A stretch of DNA of 64,000 nucleotides from Carcharhinus longimanus (taxonomy: Eukaryota). How positions within the stretch are numbered: position 1 is the stretch's first letter; every line of letters begins with the position of its first letter. The position numbers were made by a program, and so were the translations under genes. Under the pieces are notes generated by a model. It did no database searches and was not told the DNA's origin. It was given only the letters and a program-made list of their open reading frames with translations. Shown one piece after another: positions 41,201-54,736 of this stretch. Location of the stretch: contig JASCQW010000001.1 of the NCBI GenBank assembly GCA_030264375.1, positions 112,170,318 to 112,234,317 of the forward strand, given 5' to 3'.

Positions 41201-42994
41201 TGTTGGTTTTTGCCAATGTTTCATGAAGTAGCTATCAGTTTTATGCCGTAGTTTCACCTGATGCATTGGCTCAGCTTTTGTGGTCAGTGTTGGAGTGATA
41301 CTGTTCACTACTGACCCCAAAGAAAGATGCCCACACAAATGTTGGCGTCATTGTGCTATGGATTTCCCCTTTCCTATTGCGACTTTGATTCTGGTACCAG
41401 CTCAAGGGAATCTCTGGCGTCCATCAACAATAATGCTAAGCAGCCAGTCACGTTAAAGAATTCCCAAGCAGCAAATCAGAAAATAATTTCTCCCACTTTT
41501 TAATCATTTCGCAGAAAATGAAATAAAGATTGGATGTACTCATGGGATTAAGATAGAAGCTAAAATATCATTAACTTTTTTAAAAAAAGAGTTTTTTTGG
41601 CATGATGAAGAATTACAATATTCCACCAATACAAAATTACTTTTTCTGGACCAGAGAGTTTGATCAACAGGAAGTATGAACTTGGCGCAGAGTTTAGAAA
41701 AAAAAACAATTTTGCCTCTTTCAACAAGGTATAACTTTTCCAAGAGATTGTACAGCAATAGTATTGTGGAAGTTCATACCAAATCAAGTAATTTCAGAAG
41801 CTTTCCATCTTGAACAGCTCACCCTGTAGAGGAGCAGGGAATCACTACTTCATTTCCATTTTTAACTGCCTGTGCGTGGATTTTAGTTTTTGCTGCAGTC
41901 GTAATAATGGCAAATGCCGACAGTCATGGGCTTTGAATTGCTACATGTATTAATACTGAAAATGAGGCTCTTATTTTTTCCTTTTATGATCTATCACCAT
42001 AAGTATTTAGGATATCTTGACCATTTTTCAGTGGAAATCATTTGGGAAATAATAGCCAAAATTATGATCCCTTTTCGCCCAGTAAGAACAGGGCATGAGA
42101 AATGCAAAGATTAAACCAAATCCATTACTAGCCTGAGGTGGATCCCTTTCCTCCTGGCACCATTGCAATATAATTGACTTTGGGGTGGGTCAGTGTTCTC
42201 ACTGCAGGCAGGTAGAGGCATAATATAAACTGAAAGGCCATGGCTAGTAATGGTGCTTCACTGTCATTTTGATGATGTCAGAGGCAGCTCACTCTATGTA
42301 GTCAAATGGACAAACTACAGCAGGAATCGCATACTGATTAGAAAAAACGAAGATAAGTTTTGAAAAATGACAGTAATGACAAGGTTTCTCCATGCAGGCC
42401 CAATAAGGATGTTAGGGGCCTCCCAGCCCCAAACTTGCCTCTCCATCCTGTCAATGGTATTAGTGACCAATGCACTTACTGAATGATAACATTATGCTGG
42501 GGGCCTTTGGGTCTTGACAACAGCTAAGACTCTCCTTGATCTAAATGAGACAGTCTTCAAAATAGTGCACTTATCTCGCTGAGATCTCCATGGGGATTGC
42601 CCACCTGCCCTCCCATCTATATCCATAACCCAGTCAGGATGTACACATAACCCAGGAAAAACCATGGCCACAATGTATTGATGCAAATATGGGGGAGAAC
42701 AAAGTCTAGAAGTTGCTAATGTGCTTTCTACAGAGAATGCAGAATGAACTGTTTGTTTGTCTCGGTAATAGAGAAAACACCTCAGCCATTATATTTGTTC
42801 TGTGTTTGCAAAGAAAGAGAGCTAAGATGCAAGTGAAATGCCTTTGAGGCAAAGAGGCCCAGAAAATGCAGGCTCAGAGATAAGGTAATTGGCTGCCAGG
42901 AGTGGCCATTTTGTTCTGAGTGCAGGATATTGGTTTCCAAACATTTGATCAAATTACCTGAGATGGCCCAATCCTTCATTTTAGTGAAGGGTCA

Positions 42995-43337
42995 CAGAAT
43001 CACAGAATCCCAACAGTACAGAAGGAGGCCCTTCCCCCATTGGGTTTGCACCAACTCAGCATCTTACTCGGGCCCACACACCCTCTCACCGTCTGATCCC
43101 TGTATCCACTAATCCCCTAACCTATACAACTTGGCACAGTAAGGAACAACTTAGCATAGCCAATCTACCTAACTTGCACATCTTTGGAGTGTGAGAGGAA
43201 ACCGCAGCAACCAGAGGAAACCCATGCAGACAAGGGAAGAATGTGCAAACTCCACACAGGCAGTCACTTAATGCTAGAATTGAACCTCGGTCCCTGGCAT
43301 TATGAGGCAGCAGTGCTAGCCACTATGCCACCCACGA
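42995..43337 (-). mobile_element. HE1-like V-SINE type A
   Basis: As 7490-7812. Confidence 0.8.
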
Positions 43338-45689
43338 CTTTTTGAAATCTCAGCTCCAATAAGAGCAAGCAAAAATTGCCAATGAACATGCTGACCTTTC
43401 ACATTATTATCCTGTAGCATTATTTCAGACATAAGTTCAAACTAACTCAGTTTTTCTTCTCTTCAAATTGATCTTGATTCAATAGATGGTTATGGAGATG
43501 AGAGAGGCAAAGCTGAACTCGCTACATGTCCACAAGCAGGAGTGTTTTTAATTGTTTTAATATAGGCTGTGTCATGTTTCCCCAACCCTCAAGTTTGTGA
43601 CACCTATTTTTAAAGTGACTTGCTCAAACTCTTAGTATAGAGCTTGGAATTTAGTTTATTCACACATTCAAACCTGGGGGAGATGATCGCAAATTCACAG
43701 ACATAAATATACAGTAAGTGGGATAGAAAGAGGAGTTTTACAACTATGAATAACTTAACATTAAATGAACCTCAGAAACTGGTATCAGTCCATAAAGTTT
43801 CCAGAGTCTAGAAAGTCAAATGGGGGTGGGAGGTTTCCTTCATAGAGATGATCCAGAGGGTTCCTAGCAGAAGGCGGCAGCGCAGAATCACTTTAAAGTA
43901 AATAGCGATGCAATGAGATGGGATTTCTATGCTTAGACTTGGTCTAATTGACCAGCGATAATCAGAGTCTTCCAGATAAACATTCACTGAGGGCTTGAGA
44001 CTTGTTTCAGGTTGCTTGGAGTCCTGCTTGTTAGCCTTTAAGGTTGGAAGCAAATCAGCAGACTGCTTGGTTCTCAGTTCTCCTCTGAATATAGGGATTT
44101 TAAAATCGTCATTTGATTAATGTGATCTCCTCCCTCCACAGTAATTTCATAAAGGGATGTTTGTCTGGTGTTTGGACCTGGCTTTTGTTTTCTCATTTAT
44201 AATGTTCCAGCCATTTGACTCTGGAAGAGTCATTATCCATATTAATGACCCTATCTGGGTTGCTATTTTCTTGCATTGACTCGTGGATTCCGTGAGAGGG
44301 ATAAGCTTATAAAGATGCAAATAGCACCCATTTCGCTTCCATAATTCCTTTTTGGCAATTCCAGTTGTGAAACGGTAGTTTTCGGTGCCTCTGCAGATAT
44401 TGTGAGTTCTGATGGCTCTTTGTTACAGTTCTCCGTTTTGTGGATTTTAATGTGTTTTCACAATGAATTGTGGGATTCCAGACAGATGAGGTTGGAACTC
44501 TTTGATCTAGTAACTTACTGGAAAGTTTCAGACACTGTGGCCATTTTGGGTCTGTAACAACCATCGTTTGATTCTGCAGAGTCAATTTTAAGCAAGCAAA
44601 ACAAATAAAGTTAGATTTGCACAATTTATGATGTCTTTCATGTTTTACTGACATGTCAATATTGAGACAAAATAGAACACCGAGCGTGCAAATTATCTGG
44701 GTAATTTGTTCATTAATCATTAAGTAACAGGTATAAAAGACAAAGCTAGGTACAATAAAATAACTCTCAGCTTAACAGAAGGTTGAAGCTGGGATATCTG
44801 TCAGTAGATGCCTAAACCTGTTCTTTAAATAAAGAAAGATTAATTTACTCTACAGAGGTCCACACATTGTTTTCTACCCCTTTGCAAAAATCAGTGGCCT
44901 GGATTTTGTAAAGAAAGCTGCACAAACAAATCTAGAAATCTCAGTTGAGAGAACTTTAACTGTGTTGATGTACAATTGGTTGCAGTATTGTTTAATAAGG
45001 CTTCCCAGCACCAACTGCAGTGATCAAGCTGTCAAAATTGCCAATTGTTTTATTCAATTCCGACGGACAACTGATCAGGAAATGGAAAGCATTTATAATC
45101 AAATTACATTTTTTAGAAAATGTACAAGATTTTGAAATCAAGATTAGAATATAAACGTATGTTTAAGGTAGAAGCTGAAATAATATCAACAAATACTTCT
45201 AAAAAGTATTTAAAAAGTCTAGTTTCAGAAATCTAATTAACCATAATGGAGACATTTGAAAGCATTCCACCAACATAACATTATCTTTCAGGACTAGACC
45301 AATTGTTCATGATTACTTAACTCTCTACTAAATGCTTAGTTTTACCACATTGAATAAGACATAATTTTTTAATGTGGTAACTTATAGTGATGTGAGGGCA
45401 GAAAAGGAGAAAAACATGCTGGAACAGTTGGATTTTATTGATTACTGGCTCAGGTAGTAAGGAATCTATAATGTTGTGATGAAGCAGTGAATGATGGACC
45501 ACAACGTGAGGATTTCTGTGTTAATTTGCACTGAACTTTGAAGTTGTGGTCAGGTTCAGAAGGTCAACTACATGAACACTGATGATTTGCCTTTAAAAAC
45601 ACTGCAAATTGTTACCTTTCTCCTTAAAGGTATATGGTATGTTGTTCAGTTTCTTTAATCTTTGGCTGAAATAAGTTTTTAATGGGGGA

Positions 45690-45985
45690 GGGGCAGCATG
45701 ATGGCACCGTGGTTAGCACTGTTGTCTCACGGTTCCAGGGACCCGGGTTCAATTCCCAACTTTGAGTCAGCACATTCTCCCTGTGTCTGCATGGGTTTCC
45801 TCCGGGTGCTCCGGTTTCCTCCCAGAGTCCGAAAGATGTGCTGGTTGGGTGCATTGGCCATGCTCAATTCTCCCTCAGTATACCCAAATAAGCGCCAGAG
45901 TGTGGCAACTAGGGGATTTTCACAGTAAGCTCATTGCGGTGTTAATGTAAGCCTACTTGTGACTAATAAATAAACTTTAACTTTA
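45690..45985 (+). mobile_element. V-SINE type B, well preserved
   Basis: ggcaccgtggttagcactg..gggacccgggttcaattccc (A and B boxes); tail B. Confidence 0.9.
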
Positions 45986-47659
45986 TCTTTCCTTGAGGCA
46001 GTAGTACTTTTAGCCTATTGAAAATTATGTTGATGCATGCAATCAGTAATAGACAATCAGGTTATGCTAATTCTCTGTACAGTTTAAAAAATATGTTGAC
46101 CTTTTTATGCATATAGAAAATTAGGAGTTGCAATCATTTTTGTTAGATGTTGGTCATAGTGAGACCTTGGGCTGAATTATTGTCCTCTATTCAGGAAGCT
46201 TGAGTCCAGCTATTTCCAGATGTGGCATTTCCAACTTCAGAAAGGTAGCCTATTCATCTTGAATTTTGGTCTCCTTTTGGCAGCAGGACCCAATTGGCAA
46301 TGGAGGCAGTGAGGAAGCTGAGGTTGACAAGTTAGAAAGCCCACCTCTGTTTATTGGGACAGTAGCCTGTTCTATCCATGTTTGTTAGGCCCTCAGCCCC
46401 ATCACCTAAACCCAATGACTGCTTGATGCCCTCTCATATATCTCCTATGTCCTGTCCATACCTTCATGTCTCCCTCCTTCCTCCATTCCTCCCATGTACT
46501 CTGCATGTCCACTTACCCAGAATTACTACGTGTAGAGCTCATTAATAACACTAGCAAGTCTTTAAAATGCTTGAAATTTTTAAAATATCAGCCTTTCAAA
46601 ATTGGCTTTGATAAAAATGCCCCTCTTACCAGTTCATAAAACTGTCAATGAATGGCAAGTGTTCATACTGCCAATTAGAAAAAACTGTCAAAAAAGCAGA
46701 CTGAAGATATGGCCAGACATCTGTTTTATCAGATGGCCTCATTATATATATGCCTGACTGAGCTCCAAGACTCACTAATACATTCGGCCATGTAGGGCAT
46801 TATTTCATAGCTGCAAAGAAGATTGTTGTTTGATCTTTGTTTGACGTGATTTTTAAAAAAAATCCTGGTTTGCTTATTTGATGTTAAGGATTAGGTGATG
46901 TTAAGTGGATTAAAGCTTCTTTTGAAGTTGATTTGGAAGCACTAATTTTATGAAATTTTATTTCATGTTTCAGAAGCATGCCTGTATTATTCATTGTTTT
47001 CTGTATCTGTTGGATACAAGAAGAGTGCTTCGAGGACTGAAAATATGTCAGGACATTAAATCAATATGAAAATAGGGTCTCCTGCATACACTAATATCTG
47101 GTGCTCCATACTGTTGAATGTAGAAGATGAGTTTATCCACTGGATACAGTACTCTAGTGCATCTAAATCCTTATTCAGTTATAGTCAATTTAATGTCTCT
47201 TGTGTTTTAACAGCTGAGTCTTATGATCAATCATTGCATCAACAACATATGTAACCTCTCAGACAACATCTAATTGTGACTGTTGACATTGGCAAGAGCT
47301 TTTAAATTTGCCTGTCAAAAGGTTCCTGACTCCACAGCAGACTCCCTCCCAAGGTTCACATACCGGCTTGCCTGGCATGGTTCCCACAGCCATCAGCAAT
47401 CCACCTTAATGAGAAAATTGTATTTGGAGCAGGCATTTAAATAGCAAATATGGCATCACTTTACAGGAGCGCCGGGTCATGACCAATCGTGTTTTCTGAC
47501 CCAGTGAAATGGCAGATGGTGGGAATAGTCTGGGAAATACAAAATTGCACCTTCTATTTGGTCCTTCTGGTGCAAGCTTGTTCAGTGTTCGGAGAGGAAA
47601 ATTGAACCCTTTTTTTGTTTCAGGTGATCAATGTTTCCTTCTTCTTCAGTACTAGTGTG

Positions 47660-48470
47660 AAACTTGGAAGCTATGTGCTAGGAGACTGCTGGTTCTAGGC
47701 CAACTGTCACCAGCTGCTTCATCAATTATTTTCTCTTCATCATAACGTCAGTACTGGTGTGATTGAAGTGATCTTTATTCACAATTTCTCAATGTAATGA
47801 GGCAGCTCTCCATGCCTACATTAAGCAAGACTTCAATAAGATACAGACTTGGGCTTGTAAATGTCAAATATATTTATAACACAAGTGTCAAGCAATGACC
47901 ATCTCCAACAATAGAGTCTAATCACTTTTCCCCTTGACATTCAATGACAATGTAGTCATAATTGGCAAAAGAAGTAATGGAAACATGAGAGGAAATGTTT
48001 TCGCGCAGTGAGTGGTTAAGATCTGGAATGCACTGTCTGAGATTGTGGTGAAGGCAGGTTCAATCGAGGTATTCAAAAGGCATTTGAATTGTTATCTGAA
48101 ATTGAAGAATGTGCAGGGTTACGTGGAGAAGGTGGGGGAATGAAACTAGGTGAATTGCGTGTTTGGGAGTTGGCACAGACATGATGGGATGAATGGCTTC
48201 CTTCCATTCTGTAACAAATCTGTGAATCACCTGAACTAAGGGATGATCAGAAGGTTTACTGGCAGCCACGTAATTGCTGTGGTTGCAAGAGACCGACTTC
48301 CCAGAGCTTCTTCGCTACCTCTGAGCACAGGTTAGGCATGTGATGGAATACTCTGCATTAGCCTGGATGGTGCATCTGTAGCAGGGCACCAAGTTCAGAA
48401 TTATTCAAGACGAAGCAGTCTGCTTGATTGGCAGCCCGTCCACCACCTTAAACATGCCCTCTCTTTTATT
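47660..48470 (+). mobile_element. Old CR1/L2-group fragment with a nested CR1 3' end (about 47970-48220)
   Basis: Similar to 16500-17070 (gcaatgaccatctccaaca, ccttgacattcaatgaca), interrupted by tctggaatgcactgtctgag..gaatggcttccttccattctgta. Confidence 0.6.
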
Positions 48471-49394
48471 ATGTACTATTGTTAGAATACATCCTTTAGA
48501 GGATTTGCCAATGCATCTTTGACAACAAATGTTGGAAATCTGAAATAAAAGATTCATCTGTCTTGGAGAAAGGAATGTAATTAACATTTCAGGTCAATAA
48601 TGGCTTTTCCTCACTCCAGATAGATATTTGGGATGACCAACTTTAAAACTGATTTATAGGTGATGCAAAAGGTACATGGAAGGAAGTAAAAGGGAAGTTC
48701 TGTGATAGTGTGGAGGACAGTAGCAATTAAATAACAAATGATGATTGTGCCATGCACAAGGCAAGGTGATAATCCAGTAAGAAAAGAACCTAAAGTTTGA
48801 TTTTACCGGAGGTATAAATGATTAGAGGAAAAGAGCACCGTGAGAAGGAAATAGAGGTAATCTGACAAAGTAGAGAGGGCTGTTGTGTGTGAAGAAAGTG
48901 ACAGGAAGAGGAAATGCAGTGCAGACCACACCCACTGCCTATGTACTAATAGAGGATCATTGTCCAAATTACCAGCTCCACCTCCCCTCCCAATTCCAGC
49001 ATTTGCTTCCCCCAAAAATGATGGTGGTGGCTAAGATACATAATGTTCCCAAATTCAGTTTTTTAAGCCTGGGTGACTATAACAGTGTCCAACAGAAAGA
49101 TGAGATTCTGTTCCTCTAGCTTGCATTGAACTTCATTGAAGCGATATAGGAGGCCAAGAACTGAGTGGGTAGGTGGAGCACCTGGCTCACATTCTTTTAG
49201 GACAGAAATAGTTGTCAACTACAAATAAATTTAATGGACATTTCCTCCTTTCCTTCTGTACTTTGTTTTACCTTTATGAATGTTGATCTCTCAGAGGTCA
49301 ACATCCATTTATGAATCCAACTGAAGTGAAAGAACAGATTCCTTATTGGTTTTGCATTGCTGAACACAATTCTTCATACACCAATTTAAATTAG

Positions 49395-49535
<141 letters not shown>

Positions 49536-49769
49536 TAATTTGCGTTCCACATAAATTTCAATGTAATTGATGTCTTGACATTATCAATACTGAAATTTAT
49601 TGGGCCATCATTTTGTTAAAAAGATGGATGGTGCTTGGCTTTATTTCTCCCTCAATAATTTGCTTAAGCCCCTTCATGATGAGCAGATAAATGCTCTGGC
49701 TGGAGCATTCCAAGTTCACTTTCTGACCTTTATTTAGTCAGATGGATTTGTCCAGGATGTGACCCTGAA

Positions 49770-49940
49770 TCAAGTGAACAGAGATTATTCAAGTGGAAAT
49801 TCTGTTAATACTGCATTGGCCATATTAATGATCTGGATTTGGGTGTACAGAGCATAATTTCAACGTTTGCAGCTGATACAAAACTTGGAAAAGAAATAGG
49901 GGGATAGTAACAAACTATATAGACTGGATGGAATTTAATC
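49770..49940 (+). mobile_element. CR1 RT fragment
   Basis: INDLDLGVQSIISTFAADTKLGK. Confidence 0.65.
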
Positions 49941-52119
49941 TTGGTAATGGGGAAGGTCCATATAGTCTCCACTGGTGATGGCACGACAGGTGTAAGTACC
50001 CATCGGGCACATAACCGGGCAGCATGAATGTTCTGCCCAAGATTCAGGAGGGGAAGATTTGCCTGTCAAGAGCTGTGGTCAGTCAGAGGCTGGCAGTTCT
50101 CCATTGGTGGTAATGGATGAGGATTGTGGGGGTGGGGGATTGCCACATATTGCGGAGACGCTGGTTAGAAGAATGGAGGAAGTTGGCTCTAAGGTACAGC
50201 AGGAATATTTGGATAACTCTACCAAAATAGGGCTGAATGGCCTCCTTTCATGTCGTACCGCGATTTTAAAGTGGGTTTGTATGCAATCCTCTTTGAAAAA
50301 CCATGTTAGTTATTCAAAGGAAAGTCACAGCATTGTGGAAAATATTTGCCAGCAATAAATGTGCTGGTGGTTCAGCAATTTGGGAACAAGCATGCAGACC
50401 TGTCAAGAAACTGTATTTAGTGTGTGTGTTATCTCTGGCCCAGAAGGACATTTTAAAATCTTATTGACTCATGGGGCACATCAGAAATCCCTCGCATCCA
50501 TGGATTCCAGTCTGAAAGTCTATATTGTGGGTAGGTTCTTGTGTTGGCATTAGGTTTAAACTGTTATTGGAACTTTGATATATTAATAGCTGCTTCCCAT
50601 CCCTTTAGAAAAAAAATCTAGTTTTATTTAGGTGGTGTCTGGGGATTCTCTTTCTGGAAAGAGATTAGAACCTAATAATTTATAAATCTCAGTGCATCCC
50701 AGGTGGTATCATGGAACCATTTTAAATGTTGAAAAATGTTAGTCTGACGGAACCAATGCTTATTGCTGTAATTACTATAATCAGCACTTTCCTTCAAAGA
50801 AATGTTAACATTGCTGTTTATATCCTTAAGTTATGGGGTAATGAGACAGTTTCATATGCTAGAGTAACAAATGCTATTTCTTGATATTTCTAGCTATGTG
50901 TACATTGCAACTGTATTTGACCTCCACGTTTTTATGGAATGCATAGTACTATCCCAGGCTATATTTTAATAGGCACGTGGATTTGAAAACTATCTTTCAA
51001 TTTGATCTTTCTTATGAAAGTTGAGTAGTGTTCTTTTAGTTTTATCTTCCATTTGGATCATTTTTAACCGGATTATATTTAATAGACCATTATTCTACCT
51101 CATTGTAATGCATTGTGATACTGGACATGACTCCTGGGATGCTGCTGATGTACTTCCATGGGTTGCTGAAATGTGTTTGGAATTGCAATTCAGTGTTTTT
51201 GCCAGGAGGTTAACTTTGGAGAAGCTGGGAGCCAACTCCAGAGCTCTGCTGAAAGGCATAATTCCATCTGACCTGTTGCTTCTTCCTGACCAGGGAAATG
51301 TTGCAGCCTCTGTCTGGTGTTACTAATGTTCAAAACTGAGTAGAGTGGGATATGGAATCACTACCCTCCCCTCCTTTCTGTGGTGCTGATTGCTGATGTT
51401 ATAATTTAGCACCACCATGCTGATTCTTCATTTAGGCCCAATTTGTACAAACAAAAGGTTACTTCAATCAGAAGTCTCTTGGACACTATTTTCCTTTTGA
51501 ATAGAAAAGATTTTCGTTGTTATGCTCTGTTGGCACAAATTATTTTCCAGTTTAGACACAAGAAATCTAAGCAATTGATATTTCTGCTCTCACTTCCCAT
51601 CCGTGCATGAATCGTGGATTTATTTGAATGTCTTAGAACTCGAATTTCTCCTCGTGTTGTGGTATCTAACAATTGATTTATTCTGAAAAAACACATCCAT
51701 TTTACCTTCTGATCACTGGTGTCTTAACAGTTTAGTAATGGCTCAGTGATGGTGCAAGAGGTTAGTAAGTTTTTAAACTATCAAACATTAAGGCACTCAT
51801 AGAACTATCAGCATTAAGTTAAATGACTTTTAAAATAGGTTTATGACTAACAAGAAAGCAGTTTGCATACATATGAGATGCAGTAAGCGATTTAAACAAG
51901 TGATTATGATTTTAAAACACGCTGATATTTTGAATGTATTAATGTATTTTTAAAGGTATATTGTTCACTTTAGCTAAGGGCAATTTGCTGTGAAGCATTA
52001 GGGCAAAACCATATTCTAAGAGAATGTTAAGGCCTTGAGAATATGCAAGATTTATCAGTAAAATTTTGGATGAAGACAACATTTAATTCACTTAATCATA
52101 TTTCATGAATAGGATTTAT

Positions 52120-52369
52120 TCAATGTCCAGATAAGATGGATACATGCCCAGACATGGAGGCATGTGTTAATCTGGTTTGGCAGTGACCTACAGAGGAACT
52201 CATGGGAACATTAATTTGAACTTTGGGTTAGCGTCTGAGGTTACCAAACATCACGGGAAGTGGGGTCAGCCAAGACAGGAGTTAGTTTCTACGGACTAAC
52301 AAAATGCCATTTTGCCAGAGGGTAAGATACAATTGGCTAAGGTAAATGGCAGGTGGTATTGTTGATTTA

Positions 52370-52411
<42 letters not shown>

Positions 52412-52666
52412 TGATTGATTTATAGCTAATGAAAGGCAGGAGTAATTGATTAAAAAAAACCTATAATTGATCTGTTTTGAATTGTTTACATCAAATTTTC
52501 ATCGGAGATGTCTAGGTGCTTTATCTCAGAGTTGCCCTGACCCTTTGGTTTCTCCTAGCTGCCACTGGTCTAAATAAAAGTTATGTCTTTAAACTGAGTT
52601 AGTGGCTTTGTGAGTCTTGTATTGTCTGAAGTTTCAGCAGTACCGGCCACCTCAGAAACCGCACCA
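52120..52666 (+). promoter_or_regulatory. Putative 5' LTR
   Basis: TATA-like ctataat at 52461, AATAAA at 52573-52578, CA at 52665-52666 shortly before the PBS; contains a (TA)n at 52380-52409. The 5' boundary is a guess because there is no second LTR to compare. Confidence 0.5.
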
Positions 52667-52673
52667 GTCTTTC

Positions 52674-52689
52674 TGGCGAGAGGATATGG
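52674..52689 (+). promoter_or_regulatory. Primer binding site, tRNA-Ser(GCU)-like
   Basis: TGGCGA-GAGGAT versus TGGCGACGAGGAT, the complement of the vertebrate tRNA-Ser(GCU) 3' end; one base deleted. Confidence 0.65.
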
Positions 52690-53159
52690 TCACCGGAGTC
52701 TAATAGCGGGATGTGCCTCCTCAGAAAGGGTGAGTATCTTTACTTTACCGCCCGAGCTGCTTAGAAGGAGAAATGCATCAAGTTGTCGGATCTGTAAGTT
52801 AACCTGTCCGAACGAGCATTTGGGGTCACAAGATTAGTGTCAGTGACTAAAGAAACCGTGTTTAAACAAGAGGGTGTGATAACCAATCTGTGAGTGGAGT
52901 CAAGAGAGCCGCCTGGTGGGATAGACGTAAAAATTATTGGGCACACTTAATCCAAAAGGCCAGGGATGGAATCCTGGTACTGTTTGCTCAGTAGAGCCAA
53001 GAGTGTCGTGCATCAGTTAACGCAAGAGGCAAGAACCAACTGGAGAGGGCATTAGTCAGCCTAGACATTAGAGTGCCCCATGGGACCGGGAGAGAGAAGC
53101 ATTTTTGAGTTATTGGGGTGGAGAACTCAGTAAGGCATCCCCGGTTAGGAGAAATTAGA

Positions 53160-54736
53160 AGACAAGGGTCAAGCTTTCAGCAGGGGGTTAAGGGCTTTGA
53201 CCAGGAGGAATTCCCAGAGAAGGGTCTGTGGAATTGGAAGGGAAAGTGGATAGAAAACAGAAATAGAAATTAGAGAGAGGGAGAGAGAAAGGGCAAGCGT
53301 GTTGGGAAAGCCAGTAATATGAAATTGAAAAACACAGTGAGGTTAGAAGGTCTAGAATGCCCTACTGTGGTCATGTAGAGTATGAAAGAAAGTGTAAATT
53401 TAACATGGGAAAAAGATGATTTGTTAATACAAAAGATAGTAACAGAGCATGATTAATTAGGAAAATGATAGAGAAATGATCTGATTTAGAGATTTCTGAG
53501 TCCCTGAGCAAAAGTCCTGGTGGAAAGCCCAGATTAAACAAAAACCAGAATGGTCGTGGTGATTCACGCTGCTATGATGAGAAATCACCTTCAGAAAGAG
53601 CCAATTAACAAATAGTTAGTCACTGCAAAAACTGTTGGGGAAGACTCTGAAGTGTGCCTATAGAGAGGGCGGTAACCAATTCATCGTATCCCCCAATTCC
53701 AAAGGAGTCAGCTGAGGAGGAAATAGTTTGGGAAGATTTATCAGGAAGGGTAACTCACAGAGATGGAAATTCCCCTAAGGATAATAAGGTGGGATTGCCT
53801 GTTCTGGTAGCACCACTCCATACAATAATAAAATCAACTGGTAGAGGGAGAGGAACAACCACTGTAACTACTGAGGAAGCACCATGTTAGGCAACTGAGA
53901 AGCAGATGCTTATGGATTAATTTAGGTCTATTGTGTCGTTATCACCAAAATTTGTCTTTGGAAAAGTATGGATGAGTTATGAGATGTTTATCATTTGACT
54001 TTGGATGACATAAGAATTTTAGTAAAGGGAAAGTTAGCAGCACCAGCATGGTAATTGTTACCTGAACCTTTAAAAAGGAGAAATTGGATATTTGCAACGT
54101 GTGATAGTGAGGACCAAAGATATGAACAATTAACTGGGTGATAGGGTGAACTATTGGTAAAAGACACACCAGTTGGACAAAGGTAACTTTAGTTAAACAC
54201 GATCCCAAAGAATCCGTAAAAGAATACAGAGAAAGGTAATTCAGGGCTTCTGTAGATAATCGAGGGGTTGAAAATCTTACTAGAGATGACGATATGTTTT
54301 TGGGCTTGCTCAGAGAAGGGTTTCGTCCAGCTCTGACTTGAATTATAGATTTGGGTATTCCAGTAGGAAATAATTATCGGGATGCTATGAATTGGGCTAT
54401 GAAAACAGAATCCAATTACCAGAAAAATCCCAAGATGATTCCAGTACAAATTGGTCAGTCACAACCTAAACTTATAAAGGGCTTTGCCTGTTGAAAGAAA
54501 GGACGTTTTGCTAGGGATTGCCGAAGCAGAGACACAGGAAATAATCTGAGTTACGAAAAACAATACAGCAATTGTCAAAGGTCATAACATGAAAAAATGT
54601 TGGGTGAAAAGGAGGGGTAGAGAAGGACAGGGTAACAACTAGGCAAATTCATCCTCTGAGTCTCAAACCCAAAGTATTACAGCCAGTATTTCAGATGACA
54701 GCAGCTGAATTGCAGAAATTGTTAGGTCAGAAATGA
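53160..54736 (+). pseudogene. gag: Retroviral gag relic
   Basis: Many stops. PVLVAPLHT..TTEEAPC; knuckle relics FAC*KKGRFARDC (about 54483-54522) and SNCQRS*H..CWVK; ends MTAAELQKLLGQK-TGA. The start is uncertain. Confidence 0.7.

Noticed and set aside
43596-44780. Possible solo LTR (TG...CA)
   Set aside because: No matching TSD, PBS/PPT or second copy found.
45690-45765. tRNA-like sequence with A and B boxes
   Set aside because: It is the head of a SINE repeated throughout the window, not a tRNA gene.
1722-45985. Recurrent similar sequences as a possible CRISPR-like or prokaryotic system
   Set aside because: They are dispersed ~300-bp SINEs in both orientations in vertebrate intronic DNA; there is no repeat-spacer array or operon.
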